Made by a program: the position numbers and the translations under genes
From: Clostridia bacterium
GTDB taxonomy: Bacteria; Bacillota; Clostridia; Christensenellales; CAG-138
DNA: 64,000 nucleotides
Direction: 5' to 3'
Assembly: GCA_017429985.1 (NCBI GenBank)
Contig: JAFRNW010000019.1
Location: 13,291-77,290 of the forward strand
Part shown: positions 30,571-40,237 of the stretch, one piece after another
Layout: each line of letters opens with the position of its first letter
Position numbering within the stretch: the first letter of the stretch is position 1
Notes under the pieces: model-generated
The model's database searches: none
Told to the model about the DNA's origin: nothing
What the model saw: the letters and a program-made list of their open reading frames with translations, nothing else

Positions 30571-32082
30571 GTGCGCACAAAAAACGTATTGGAGTATTTG
30601 GAAAACAGCGGCGCTCGATTCACAAACAAAACGGCGGTTATAGATGATTCTGGAGCCTGCACTTATCTGGAACTGCGGACTGTCTGTCAAAAGATCGGGA
30701 CGGCTCTGGCATGCAAGATTACTGTTGGTACTCCGGTGGCGGTACTAATGGAAAAAAGCATATCCGTTCTCCAGGCATTCTTTGGAATCGTTTATGCCGG
30801 TGGCTATTATGTTCTGTTAAATCCCGACCTTCCAGAGAAGCGTCTGGGGCAAATCCAGAAAGTCCTGCAGGCTCCCATTGTCATCACGGACGCCGGGCAT
30901 CACAACCTGGCCCGCACCCTGTTTCCCGAGAACGCAATATGTCGAATCGAAGAATTGGCCGACGGGCCGATCCAGGCAGAAGTCTTGCAAAGGATTCGCA
31001 ACCGCATGATCGATACCGACCCGTTGTATGCCAACTTCACCTCCGGCTCAACCGGTATTCCAAAAGGCGTGATGGTCAATCACCGCTCTGTAATCGATTT
31101 TATTGATGTCTTTACGGAACTATTCCGTCTGAATAATACGGATGTTTTCGGCAATCAAGCGCCTTTTGATTTTGATGTTTCCGTCAAAGACATCTATTCG
31201 TCCGTCTATGTGGGCGGAACGCTGGTCATCCTGCCAAAGCGTCTGTTCTCGAATCCGAAAGAGCTGCTGGATTGGCTCAATGACCGCAAGATTACAACCT
31301 TGATCTGGGCCGTCTCCGCCCTTTGCCTTGTCAGCACCTTTCACGGTCTTGACTACCGAACACCTGAAACGGTACGAAATGTGCTGTTCAGCGGCGAGAT
31401 GATACCGGAGAAGCATCTGCGGACATGGCGTGATCATCTGCCCGACGCCCAGTTCGTCAATCTCTACGGCCCGACGGAGATCACCTGCAACTGCACCTAT
31501 TACATTCTGGACAAAAACCTCAATTATACCGAAGGCGTTCCCATTGGACGTCCGTTCCCCAACGAACACGTATTTCTGCTGGATTCAAATGATCAGGAGG
31601 TCAAGGCGAAAGATGTCGTTGGAGAAATATGCGTTCGTGGCACGGCACTTGCACTGGGCTACTGTCGCGCCCCAGAACAAACAGCAGCAGCCTTTACACA
31701 GAATCCTCTGAATATCTGTTATCCGGAGTTGATCTATCGCACTGGCGATTTGGGCAAATACAATGATCTCGGCGAACTCATGTTCTGCGGACGCAAGGAT
31801 TTTCAAATCAAGTATATGGGTCACCGGATCGAGTTGGAGGAAATCGAGCGTGTCATCGGCGCGATGCCAGACGTGGAAAGATGCTGCTGTATATTTGATC
31901 CGCTGAAAAGCAAGTTGTATGGCTTTTATGTCGGACTTGCAGAGCCTAACGAGCTACGCAGACGGCTCCAGCAGGAACTTCCTCTCTATATGGTGCCCGG
32001 GGCTTTGCGCCAGCTGTCGGAGTTGCCTCTCAACAAAAACGGCAAGATCGACCGAAAGAGATTACTGGAACGAAAGGAATAG
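30571..32082 (+). CDS. Stand-alone amino-acid adenylation enzyme (DltA-like)
   Basis: FTSGSTGIPKGV, FDFDVSV, NLYGPTE, YRTGD, GRKDFQIK.MGHRIEL.EIE, NKNGKIDR. GTG 30571 follows GAGG; TTG 30556 is an alternative start. Confidence 0.9.
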   Translation: MRTKNVLEYLENSGARFTNKTAVIDDSGACTYLELRTVCQKIGTALACKITVGTPVAVLMEKSISVLQAFFGIVYAGGYYVLLNPDLPEKRLGQIQKVLQAPIVITDAGHHNLARTLFPENAICRIEELADGPIQAEVLQRIRNRMIDTDPLYANFTSGSTGIPKGVMVNHRSVIDFIDVFTELFRLNNTDVFGNQAPFDFDVSVKDIYSSVYVGGTLVILPKRLFSNPKELLDWLNDRKITTLIWAVSALCLVSTFHGLDYRTPETVRNVLFSGEMIPEKHLRTWRDHLPDAQFVNLYGPTEITCNCTYYILDKNLNYTEGVPIGRPFPNEHVFLLDSNDQEVKAKDVVGEICVRGTALALGYCRAPEQTAAAFTQNPLNICYPELIYRTGDLGKYNDLGELMFCGRKDFQIKYMGHRIELEEIERVIGAMPDVERCCCIFDPLKSKLYGFYVGLAEPNELRRRLQQELPLYMVPGALRQLSELPLNKNGKIDRKRLLERKE

Positions 32083-32085
32083 TTT

Positions 32086-33282
32086 ATGAACGACTCCCAA
32101 CTGAAGGCGGTTCTGGAGTTGGAGAAAACTCCTCTCTATATTTTTGACCTGTCAGAGTTGTCAGACAGGATTTGTTTCCTGAGGAACCATCTGCCGGCAT
32201 CCGTCCTGATCTGCTATGCGGTGAAAGCAAATCCGTTCCTTGCGCAGGAGGTCAGCGGATTGGTGGAACGGCTGGAAATCTGCTCTCCGGGAGAGTATCG
32301 CATCTGTCAGAATCTCGGCCTTTCGCAGGAACAATTCGTAGTATCCGGTGTTTACAAAACACCTTCTCTGATGCACGACATGATAGCTCGGGACGATGCG
32401 ACGGGGCTCTTCACGGTGGAGTCTTTGCAACAGTTTTTCCTTCTTTACGAGGAGGCTAAAAGCGGACACAAACGGATCCCTGTCCTGCTGCGCCTTACCA
32501 GCGGTAATCAATTCGGTTTGGATGAGCCCGATGCGGAAAAGCTGATTGCAGACTACCAGCATGATGTGCACCTGGATATCCGGGGAATCCAATACTTCTC
32601 CGGAACCCAGAAGACTTCGCTGAAGCGACTTGAGCGGGAACTGGAATACCTGGACAGCTTTCTAGAACGGTTGCAGACCTCCTATGGTTACCGTGCTCAG
32701 GAGCTGGAATTTGGGCCCGGATTCCCGGTGTCCTATTTTCAAGGGGAAGAACTGGCGGAGCCAGAGTTTTTTAAGAGCTTTTCCGCGCTGTTGACCGGGA
32801 TGCGTTTCGGAGGACTGATTACGCTGGAGATTGGGCGAAGCATCGCGGCCAGCTGCGGCTACTACTTGACAAGAGTGGTCGATACAAAAATCAACAAGGG
32901 CCGAAACTACGCCATTGTGGATGGGGGCATCCACCAGCTGGTCTACTTTGGTCAGTTTATGGCCATGAAGCGCCCTCACGTGCGTATTCTGTCCCCCTCC
33001 ATCCGCGGAAGCGAGGAGGAATGGAATATATTTGGTTCTCTCTGTACCATCAACGACGTGCTAGTCAAAAGCCTTCCCCTGCCGGGGCTTCATGTCGGGG
33101 ATACGCTCGTGTTTGAGAATACAGGCGCATACTGTATGACCGAGGGAATATCCCTGTTTCTCAGCCGAGACTTACCCGCCGTGGTGCTATTTCAGTGCAA
33201 TGGCACGCCTCTCCTTGTGCGGGGCCATATCTCCACAGCTTTCTTAAATGCACCAGATTATGAAAGGAGTAATAAAAAATGA
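32086..33282 (+). CDS. Fold-type III PLP enzyme (diaminopimelate/ornithine decarboxylase-like)
   Basis: TPLYIFD, YAVKAN (PLP lysine), GPGFP, EIGRSIAA, VDGGIH, GSLCTINDVL, TGAY. Confidence 0.85.
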   Translation: MNDSQLKAVLELEKTPLYIFDLSELSDRICFLRNHLPASVLICYAVKANPFLAQEVSGLVERLEICSPGEYRICQNLGLSQEQFVVSGVYKTPSLMHDMIARDDATGLFTVESLQQFFLLYEEAKSGHKRIPVLLRLTSGNQFGLDEPDAEKLIADYQHDVHLDIRGIQYFSGTQKTSLKRLERELEYLDSFLERLQTSYGYRAQELEFGPGFPVSYFQGEELAEPEFFKSFSALLTGMRFGGLITLEIGRSIAASCGYYLTRVVDTKINKGRNYAIVDGGIHQLVYFGQFMAMKRPHVRILSPSIRGSEEEWNIFGSLCTINDVLVKSLPLPGLHVGDTLVFENTGAYCMTEGISLFLSRDLPAVVLFQCNGTPLLVRGHISTAFLNAPDYERSNKK

Positions 33283-33506
33283 AACAGTTAATTGAGATTC
33301 TGGAGGATGTCAATCCGGGCGTGGATTACAATACTTGCACCGATTTGGTTGACGGCGGTTACCTTAATTCCCTCTCCATCCTCGCTATAGTGGCGGAACT
33401 GGAAGAAGCATTCGACATTGTGATCTCAACAGTAGAGGTAACTCCGAAAAACTTCAACTCCGCCCAGAGTCTTTGGGAAATGGTGCTGCGGCTGAAAGAA
33501 GAATAA
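33279..33506 (+). CDS. Acyl/aminoacyl carrier protein (DltC-like)
   Basis: 75 aa, acidic; GYLNSLSI phosphopantetheine Ser motif; NFNS near the C terminus. Confidence 0.88.
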   Translation: MKQLIEILEDVNPGVDYNTCTDLVDGGYLNSLSILAIVAELEEAFDIVISTVEVTPKNFNSAQSLWEMVLRLKEE

Positions 33507-33510
33507 TACA

Positions 33511-35112
33511 ATGCTCCCGTTGTCTTCCTATTTCTCACTGCTTTACCTAGCAATACTGTTGCCGGGAACCGTGCTGGCTTATACTGTCCTTCCGCAAAAA
33601 TATCGTCGTGCAGTACTCTTGCTGAGCAGTTACGCCGTGTTCTGGCTCGTCAGCGGGAAACTGCTGTGCTATCTTCTATTTTCCACTATCTCGGTTCATC
33701 ATATCGGCTTGTGGTTGGAGAATACCCAACTCGAGGCAAACAGGCTGCTTGAGACTGCGCCGAAAGAAACGCGAAAGGACATTCGGGCACGGACTCAGCA
33801 GAGACGGAAAAAAATAGTAGCATTTGGGATTGCTGTGCAGTTCGGTATTTTGCTGGCGTTGAAATACGGGGCGTTTTTCATCTCCAACTTCAACGAACTT
33901 GCTGACTTAATGAAGGTTACAGTGAAACTACCTGTCCCTTCCGTCATTTTGCCGATTGGCATCTCCTTTTATACCATGCAAGCAGCATCCTACATGCTGG
34001 ATGTGTATCGAGAGAATATCCCTGCAGACCGAAATCTGATGCGTCTCGCTCTTTACATGAGTTTTTTCCCCCAGCTCATGGAAGGGCCGATCTGCCGATA
34101 TTCAGAAACCGCGCAGCAGCTCTGGGACGCTCCGCCTATGCGTTGGAAAAACTTAATGTTAGGCCTCCAACGCATTCTGTGGGGCATCATGAAAAAAATG
34201 GTGGTTGCCGACCGCTTGAATCTGTTAATCACTGAAGCGTTTGACAACTATGTCCACTACGACGGATTCATGATTGCTGCAGCTGTCGTGTGCTACACAG
34301 TTCAACTCTATATGGACTTCTCCGGCACCATGGATCTTGTGCTGGGCAGCGGACAGATATTCGGCATCAAACTGCCGGAAAACTTCCAGCGCCCCTTCTT
34401 TTCACGCACGATTCAGGAGTTTTGGCGTCGCTGGCATATTACGCTTGGTGCATGGTTCCGAGACTACGTTTTTTATCCTATATCACTCAGCGCTCCAATA
34501 AAAAAGCTGCCTCTCCTGCTACAAAAACGGCTGGGAAGAACCTACGGGTTCATTTTTTCCAGTATACCCGCCCTGTTCTGTGTATGGTTATGTAACGGTC
34601 TGTGGCACGGGGCAGGCTGGAACTTTATTTTTTTCGGGATGTACCACTTTGCTTTGATCCTTGTTGAAAATATAATGGAACCCCCTGCTGTCTGGCTGGC
34701 AAAAAGGCTCCATATCAACCGGGACGGCATTCTGTACCGATGTATGCAGATCGTCCGCACCGCCGTACTATTTTGCATCGGCGAACTGTTTTTCAGGGCA
34801 TCTTCCCTGAAAGCGGGGTTTGCCATGTTTAAAAAGATATTTACTGATTTTACACTGGCAAGAGTTAAAGATAACACATTCTTTTCCCATGGTGCAGATA
34901 AGCATGATTTTTTAATCGTTGTCGTGACACTGGCGTTGATTCTGGCGGTCGGGTGCATCCAGGAACGAGGAGTTTCCGTGCGACAGTGGATAGAAAAGAG
35001 AAATCTTGCGGTCCGTCTTTCTCTGTGGTATCTTCTGATTCTTTTTATCGTGATATTCGGCGCATACGGTACCGGATATATTCCGGTTGACCCAATCTAT
35101 GCAGGCTTCTAG
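33511..35112 (+). CDS. MBOAT-family acyltransferase (DltB/AlgI-like)
   Basis: LPIGISFYT, FFPQLMEGPI, YMDFSG, FWRRWHITL, GLWHG; ends PIYAGF. Confidence 0.93.
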   Translation: MLPLSSYFSLLYLAILLPGTVLAYTVLPQKYRRAVLLLSSYAVFWLVSGKLLCYLLFSTISVHHIGLWLENTQLEANRLLETAPKETRKDIRARTQQRRKKIVAFGIAVQFGILLALKYGAFFISNFNELADLMKVTVKLPVPSVILPIGISFYTMQAASYMLDVYRENIPADRNLMRLALYMSFFPQLMEGPICRYSETAQQLWDAPPMRWKNLMLGLQRILWGIMKKMVVADRLNLLITEAFDNYVHYDGFMIAAAVVCYTVQLYMDFSGTMDLVLGSGQIFGIKLPENFQRPFFSRTIQEFWRRWHITLGAWFRDYVFYPISLSAPIKKLPLLLQKRLGRTYGFIFSSIPALFCVWLCNGLWHGAGWNFIFFGMYHFALILVENIMEPPAVWLAKRLHINRDGILYRCMQIVRTAVLFCIGELFFRASSLKAGFAMFKKIFTDFTLARVKDNTFFSHGADKHDFLIVVVTLALILAVGCIQERGVSVRQWIEKRNLAVRLSLWYLLILFIVIFGAYGTGYIPVDPIYAGF

Positions 35113-35125
35113 GAGGAACGGCTTA

Positions 35126-36079
35126 ATGATTTATCTAAAACGAACGGGCTGTGTCATGTTATTCCTGCTGGGGCTGCTGGTAATACTGCTTGCTGCCTCT
35201 GCCATTTTCAAGCCAAAGAACAACATCCCATCGGCAGGGATGGAGGAAACACTTGCAAACGGTATTCTGGGTGAGCCGGAAAACACGATTGATGTTTTGA
35301 TCATTGGTGACAGCGAATCCCGTTGCGCCATATGTCCCATGCAAATTTGGAAAGAAACCGGATTCACCACATATGTGTGTGCGACAGCAGCCCAAAAGCT
35401 TTCTTACAGTTATACCATGCTCGACCGCGCATTTCAGCGACAAAAGCCAAAAATCGTAATTCTTGAGACGCTGGCGATTTTCCGGGAGATGTCATTGGAA
35501 GACGCGGTTAAAGAAATATTATATCATAGGCTTCCTGTTCTCCGCTATCATGATCGATGGAAATGTTTGCATGCCAATGATTTTGGTGGTGCGGTTCTGC
35601 CAGTCTGGACCAATGACAGCAAAGGATATTGGAATACAAAAAAGGTTGATCCCGGTAGTAACGAGCCGTACATGGGTGCCATGGATAACAAATCAAGCGT
35701 CTCACTGCTGAACAGACGTTATGTCCGGGCCATTAAAACACTTTGTGAAAAAAACGGATCCCGACTTCTTCTGTTGAGTACGCCCAGCACCATCAATTGG
35801 AATTATGCTCTGCACAATGGCATTCAGGCAGTAGCTGAGGAACTGGGTATTGAATACATCGACATGAACCTCATGAACGACCGTATCAAAATTGACTGGA
35901 GCAGGGATACTTTCGACAAGGGCGACCATTTGAACCACAGCGGCGCAGTCAAACTTTCCTTGGTACTGTCAGAGTATCTGCAAGAGCAAGGCATTTTCAA
36001 GGATCACCGTGGCGATCAAGCTTATGCAAAGTGGGAGGATATTCTGAAAAACCGCGGGACCGAACCTGAAGAAGAATAA
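35126..36079 (+). CDS. Membrane-anchored SGNH-like acyltransferase (DltD/AlgJ-like)
   Basis: N-terminal TM segment, IGDSE and DKGDHLN motifs; AGGAGG RBS. Confidence 0.75.
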   Translation: MIYLKRTGCVMLFLLGLLVILLAASAIFKPKNNIPSAGMEETLANGILGEPENTIDVLIIGDSESRCAICPMQIWKETGFTTYVCATAAQKLSYSYTMLDRAFQRQKPKIVILETLAIFREMSLEDAVKEILYHRLPVLRYHDRWKCLHANDFGGAVLPVWTNDSKGYWNTKKVDPGSNEPYMGAMDNKSSVSLLNRRYVRAIKTLCEKNGSRLLLLSTPSTINWNYALHNGIQAVAEELGIEYIDMNLMNDRIKIDWSRDTFDKGDHLNHSGAVKLSLVLSEYLQEQGIFKDHRGDQAYAKWEDILKNRGTEPEEE

Positions 36080-36178
36080 TTGTTTTCATAATCCTCCCTG
36101 CTGGTCTTGATAATCTCCGGAGCATGAACGCTCAAATGAGTTCAGAATGCATTTCAAAATGATCGACACAGAAACTAC

Positions 36179-37400
36179 ATGAGCCTGACTATGATTGCGA
36201 GACGAATCATCACCGTTGTCTTGTTACTCATTGTGATGCTTTTTCTGGAACTGAATCAGCATTTTACATGGGGTATGTTTCTGACCGTTCATTTGACCAC
36301 TACGATTTTCATATTGTTCGAAGCGAAACTTCTGCCGGGAATTCCGCAAGGCAGCAGCGTGGACGGGCTATATCCTCCTTACCGCGCTCATTCTTGTCAT
36401 CACGTTCCCTTCCATAATCAGGTCGATGCGATTAACAGAAAAACCTGCAGAGAAACAGGCGCTGTAGCGATGAAGGACGGCAAAGTCAGCGGTGTCATGA
36501 GGGCGGACGGAGCGACGCGGACATCCCGTACTCTGCTCCACCCATGAGAGATCTTTGCTGTAAGGAACCGCAGGACGTGACCGCCTAGGATGGGACCCTA
36601 AAAGCAAATCATTTTACTGCCATGTCCATGCAGATCCGGAAGCTCCCAATCATAGACTCCCTCACGAATATCATAGACAATCACGATTACAGCTGGCTAG
36701 ATTTCAGTGACAACTATATCGCTACGGCATCTAAGGACTCGCTTTACGAAAATGTTAGGAAACCCGCGGGAGAACAGAAGAATCTCCCGTACTGGTTTTC
36801 GTTCACGGCTACTCCCTGCTGTCCGGCCAGCCCTGGTACGCGGATTACAGCGGCGAATGCCTAGCGCGGGACAGCGTCATCGTCGTCAATATAGGATGCC
36901 GTCTGTGCGCATTCAGATTTCTTGCTCTGGACAAACTTGCCGCGGAATCTGAACACTGCACGACCGGAAACCACGATCTTCTGGATTAGATCAAGGCGCT
37001 GGAATGGGTCCGGGACAATATCGCTTCCTTCGGTGGCGATCCTGATAACATCACCGTGGCTTGAGAATCCTCTGGCGCCTCTTCCGTGAGCGTCCTCTGT
37101 ACTTCGTCTCTTGCGGCTGTTCCGCTGGGTCATTCTGGAAAGCTCCATCGTGGCTAGCCGGAAGCCGCCTCATTCCTTCTGCTCCATGGAGGAAGCACTG
37201 CCTTCTTGAAAAGAAGTTCTTCCACGATACCATGCAAAAAACGTATCGGATCTGCGCAGACTGCCCGAAGATTCAATCGCGGGATCCATGGATACGGAAC
37301 ACTACATCACCGTGGACGGCTACGTCCTGCCTGAAACGCCCTGTCAATCCTATCAAAAGGGCATTCATAACGAGGAAGCTATCCTACACGGGTTTCTGTC
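36179..37400 (+). pseudogene. Decayed type-B carboxylesterase
   Basis: Fragments across frames with stops: SKDSLYENVRKP (SEDCLYLNV-like) and [36 protein letters not shown]. Ends are approximate. Confidence 0.75.
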
Positions 37401-37516
37401 GCTTGTCATTTGCGATGGGAAATGCTGATATTGCCGTCAAAAATAGGGCAACAGCGGTGGCTCCGCCGCATTACGCGGATGGTGTGGTGCAGATTCTGGA
37501 GCGTTACTTCCTGTAA
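37400..37516 (+). pseudogene. C-terminal fragment of a Cof-type HAD hydrolase
   Basis: SFAMGNA...K..A..VAP....DGVVQILERYFL. Confidence 0.55.
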
Positions 37517-37850
37517 AAGCATTTGCCTCTAGTATTTATCCAGAGGCAAATGTTTTTCATATAGTATTGGCGCGTGCAAATCAGGTCAACGAAGTGTTCC
37601 AATCAGTTTTATCCTGCTTTTTTCTCCCTGTTGTTTAATTTCTTTATGCCGGTGAGCAATATAGTTCAAAAGAAAATGTAGTAAAATGTAGTAAATCTGG
37701 ATTTTAGGACCGAAAAACGGCTTTCTTGAAAATGCATAAACAGAAGGATATGCATTTTGAACAATAGACTGTAATTCTTTTTTGTAGAAAAAATCTGCTA
37801 CAAAAATGCAAAACAAATGCCCCGAAAACATAGTGTTTTCGGGGCTTTTT

Positions 37851-37895
37851 TGGCGTGCCTGGGAGGATTCGAACCTCTGACCTCAAGAGTCGGAG
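37851..37895 (-). other. Second tRNA-Arg 3' half (junction between the cassettes)
   Basis: - strand CTCCGAC-TCTTG-AGGTCAGAGGTTCGAATCCTCCCAGGCACGCCA; hairpin GCCCCGAAAAC...GTTTTCGGGGC at 37819-37846. Confidence 0.92.
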
Positions 37896-38062
37896 GAGTA
37901 AGGATAACGATTCGAAAAAAAGTTAGTAGCTTGGGGAAAAACGCCTATTTTTGGCGATTTTTGACGGATTGGCTATGTCAAAATACATGATAAAGAGACT
38001 TGTTAAAAAAGGCCTTTTTTATTAGTTCTGTAGTAAAAATGTAGTATGTTTTCAGCTATAGA
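37851..38062 (+). repeat. About 210-bp direct repeat, copy 2
   Basis: Homologous to 30115-30325; TGTAGTA pair at 38029-38046. Confidence 0.92.
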
Positions 38063-38069
38063 ACATAAG

Positions 38070-39080
38070 CTATGAAACCCGAATATCTTTCAATTGTGAT
38101 ACATCAAACTTATAAGAAAGCGGGGCTCTTTCAATGATTAGTGTTCCATCGGGTTTTAATCCAACAATGTAATCATCTCCTGCCCGAACTGCAACTATGT
38201 TTTTCCAGTTTGAAACATCATATGACTTACTGTTTTCTCCCGCAACGACAACTATCCCGTCTTTTTTTAGCCCAATACAGTCATTGTTTTTAACAGAGAT
38301 AGCTATAATATTATCCCATGTTTTGACAGCTTGTTCTATTTTGTAATCATCTAAACCATACCTTGTAGCAGCAACAACAGTTCCGTTCTTTTTAAGACCA
38401 AGAACAAGACGTTCATCGACAGAGATGGCTACGATATTACTCCAATGTTTTACATTCATGCTCTTATTTGATGAAACAACTCGTCCATCAGCTTTTAATC
38501 CTATGGTAACGCTATACGCTGTCCCAGCAGCAACGATGTCTCTCCAATTTGTTGGACTGCTATCGTGTTTATCTATTTCCCCAGCATAAAAAACATGCCC
38601 ATTTTTATCTACGCCTACCGCATGCGTAAGCGAGGAGGAAACATCAATAATATCAGACCATTTTGAAACTCTTCCTTCGCCGAAAACGTTCGTCCCGACA
38701 AAGGTCACGTTTCCGGCTGCGTCAATAGCATAAAAGTTTTTGGAATCTGCTGAAATGGAGACTATATTTTCTAATTTTGATATAGCGGAATTGTCTATTT
38801 CCTTGCCTGGTGCTAGCACAGATCCATCTGTTTTAATGACGTAAATAATAGTGCTATCGGCTGCAATATTATTCCTGCGGCAGATGGAAGCTTGAGTTGC
38901 TGCATCTTTGTAATTGCCTGCCGCCTGGTAATAGACCAGCGCATTAAACGAATCACCGGAAGCTTTGTATTCTGTAGCTTTGTTATAATAAACTTTAGGC
39001 AAAACAGCGAAATTCAGAATCAACCAAACTATAGTACAAAACGCAACTAATGTAGCGAGAATATAATGACTGCGAACCAT
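38070..39080 (-). CDS. RCC1/BLIP-II-like repeat protein with N-terminal TM segment (possibly 5'-truncated)
   Basis: Repeated W.NIVAIS....IGLKKDGTVV units and GNYKDA motif; AT-rich. Confidence 0.78.
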   Translation of the reverse strand: MVRSHYILATLVAFCTIVWLILNFAVLPKVYYNKATEYKASGDSFNALVYYQAAGNYKDAATQASICRRNNIAADSTIIYVIKTDGSVLAPGKEIDNSAISKLENIVSISADSKNFYAIDAAGNVTFVGTNVFGEGRVSKWSDIIDVSSSLTHAVGVDKNGHVFYAGEIDKHDSSPTNWRDIVAAGTAYSVTIGLKADGRVVSSNKSMNVKHWSNIVAISVDERLVLGLKKNGTVVAATRYGLDDYKIEQAVKTWDNIIAISVKNNDCIGLKKDGIVVVAGENSKSYDVSNWKNIVAVRAGDDYIVGLKPDGTLIIERAPLSYKFDVSQLKDIRVS

Positions 39081-39109
39081 CGTATGTACAAATGCTTGGA
39101 GTCGAGTTT

Positions 39110-40140
39110 ATGAAAAGAAAGATTCTTCCCGTTCTGGGGCTTCTGATATGTCTTGCCGCCTGTTCATCCTGTTCACACGCTAAGGGAAAAACAGCTCTTC
39201 GTGCGATTATCGTTCCGAAATTCGAGATCGGGGAGATGAACGGCGACTTTCCCGGAGAAGCTCAGCTGTTCTATGAGCGCTACTGTCCCGGATGCAGGGA
39301 GATCGAAATTCCGCATATTCCTTCGAGCGGGCATCTCTATGTCAATGAGGAAAACGGCGTCGGGATCCTTGTGACGGGTTCCAGGAAAACAGCCGCCGGG
39401 CTTTCACTCATGTCGGTCCTCTCCTCGGATCTGTATGATTTCTCCGATACGTATATCGTCTCTGTCGGTTGCTCCGGAGGAAGCGCAACGATGTGCACAC
39501 TTGGAGATGTGGTCCTTGTTTCTGCGGTCTGTGATTATGATCTCGGGCATCATGTCGACGCGCATGAAAAAAACGAACGGGAATTCACGCATCATGTGGT
39601 TTCCAGACGATGCCTATGCGGATTATGAATTCGAGATTCTGAATGCCGAACTTCGTGAAAAAGCATACGAAAGGATCAAGAACTGTTCGCTGCAGACGAC
39701 AGAACAGGCGAAAGCCGTTATGGCGGAGAATTTTCCGGCACGTGATGAGGACGGGCTTCTTCCTTCTGTCAAAAAAGGGACTGCACTGTCAGGGGACAAT
39801 TACTGGAAAGGGATCTACGGGCATGTGACTGCAAACTTTATTGCGCAGTACTACGGCTGTCCGGATCCGTACTGCGCCACTGAAATGGAGGAGATTGCTG
39901 TCGCGAATACAACGGAATGCTTTGATATGCTGGATCGCTTGATCTCTCTCCGCGTCATCGTCAATATGGACGTTTTCATGGATGACGAAACGCCCGAAAG
40001 CACATGGGGAGAGTATCAGAGCTTCAATGAAAAGGTTGAAAATGAAAATGCAGAAACGGTGGATATCTTCGTGCCGGCCATGCACAACCTGTTCGACGCA
40101 GCAAGCATCGTGATTGATGCCATACTGGACGGGGCGATTC
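39110..40140 (+). pseudogene. Purine nucleoside permease (NUP)-like lipoprotein, frameshifted
   Basis: PKFEIGEM.GDFPGEAQL...DYDLGHH, shift at the A7 run near 39567-39573, then GTALSGDNYWKG...TEMEE...SLRVIVNMD. No stop at the expected end, so the end coordinate is approximate. Confidence 0.65.
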
Positions 40141-40237
40141 GATCCGGGACTGCCCCGGACGGGAGATCAAGCCCTGATACAGCGTTCAGATCCGGATCCC
40201 GTTCTTCTTACGGCTTTCCGCTTCAGTCTTTTCCTTG

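Larger units (their letters stand above)
30153..37895. mobile_element. tRNA-Arg-integrated cassette 1 (about 7.7 kb, no integrase seen)
   Basis: Bounded by GTCGGAG cores (30153-30159, 37889-37895); TGTAGTA pairs at 30292-30309 and 37677-37693; visibly more AT-rich than the backbone. Confidence 0.82.

Noticed and set aside
32086-33282. Housekeeping lysA
   Set aside because: Diagnostic motifs are diverged and the gene is embedded in a carrier-protein operon on a cassette.
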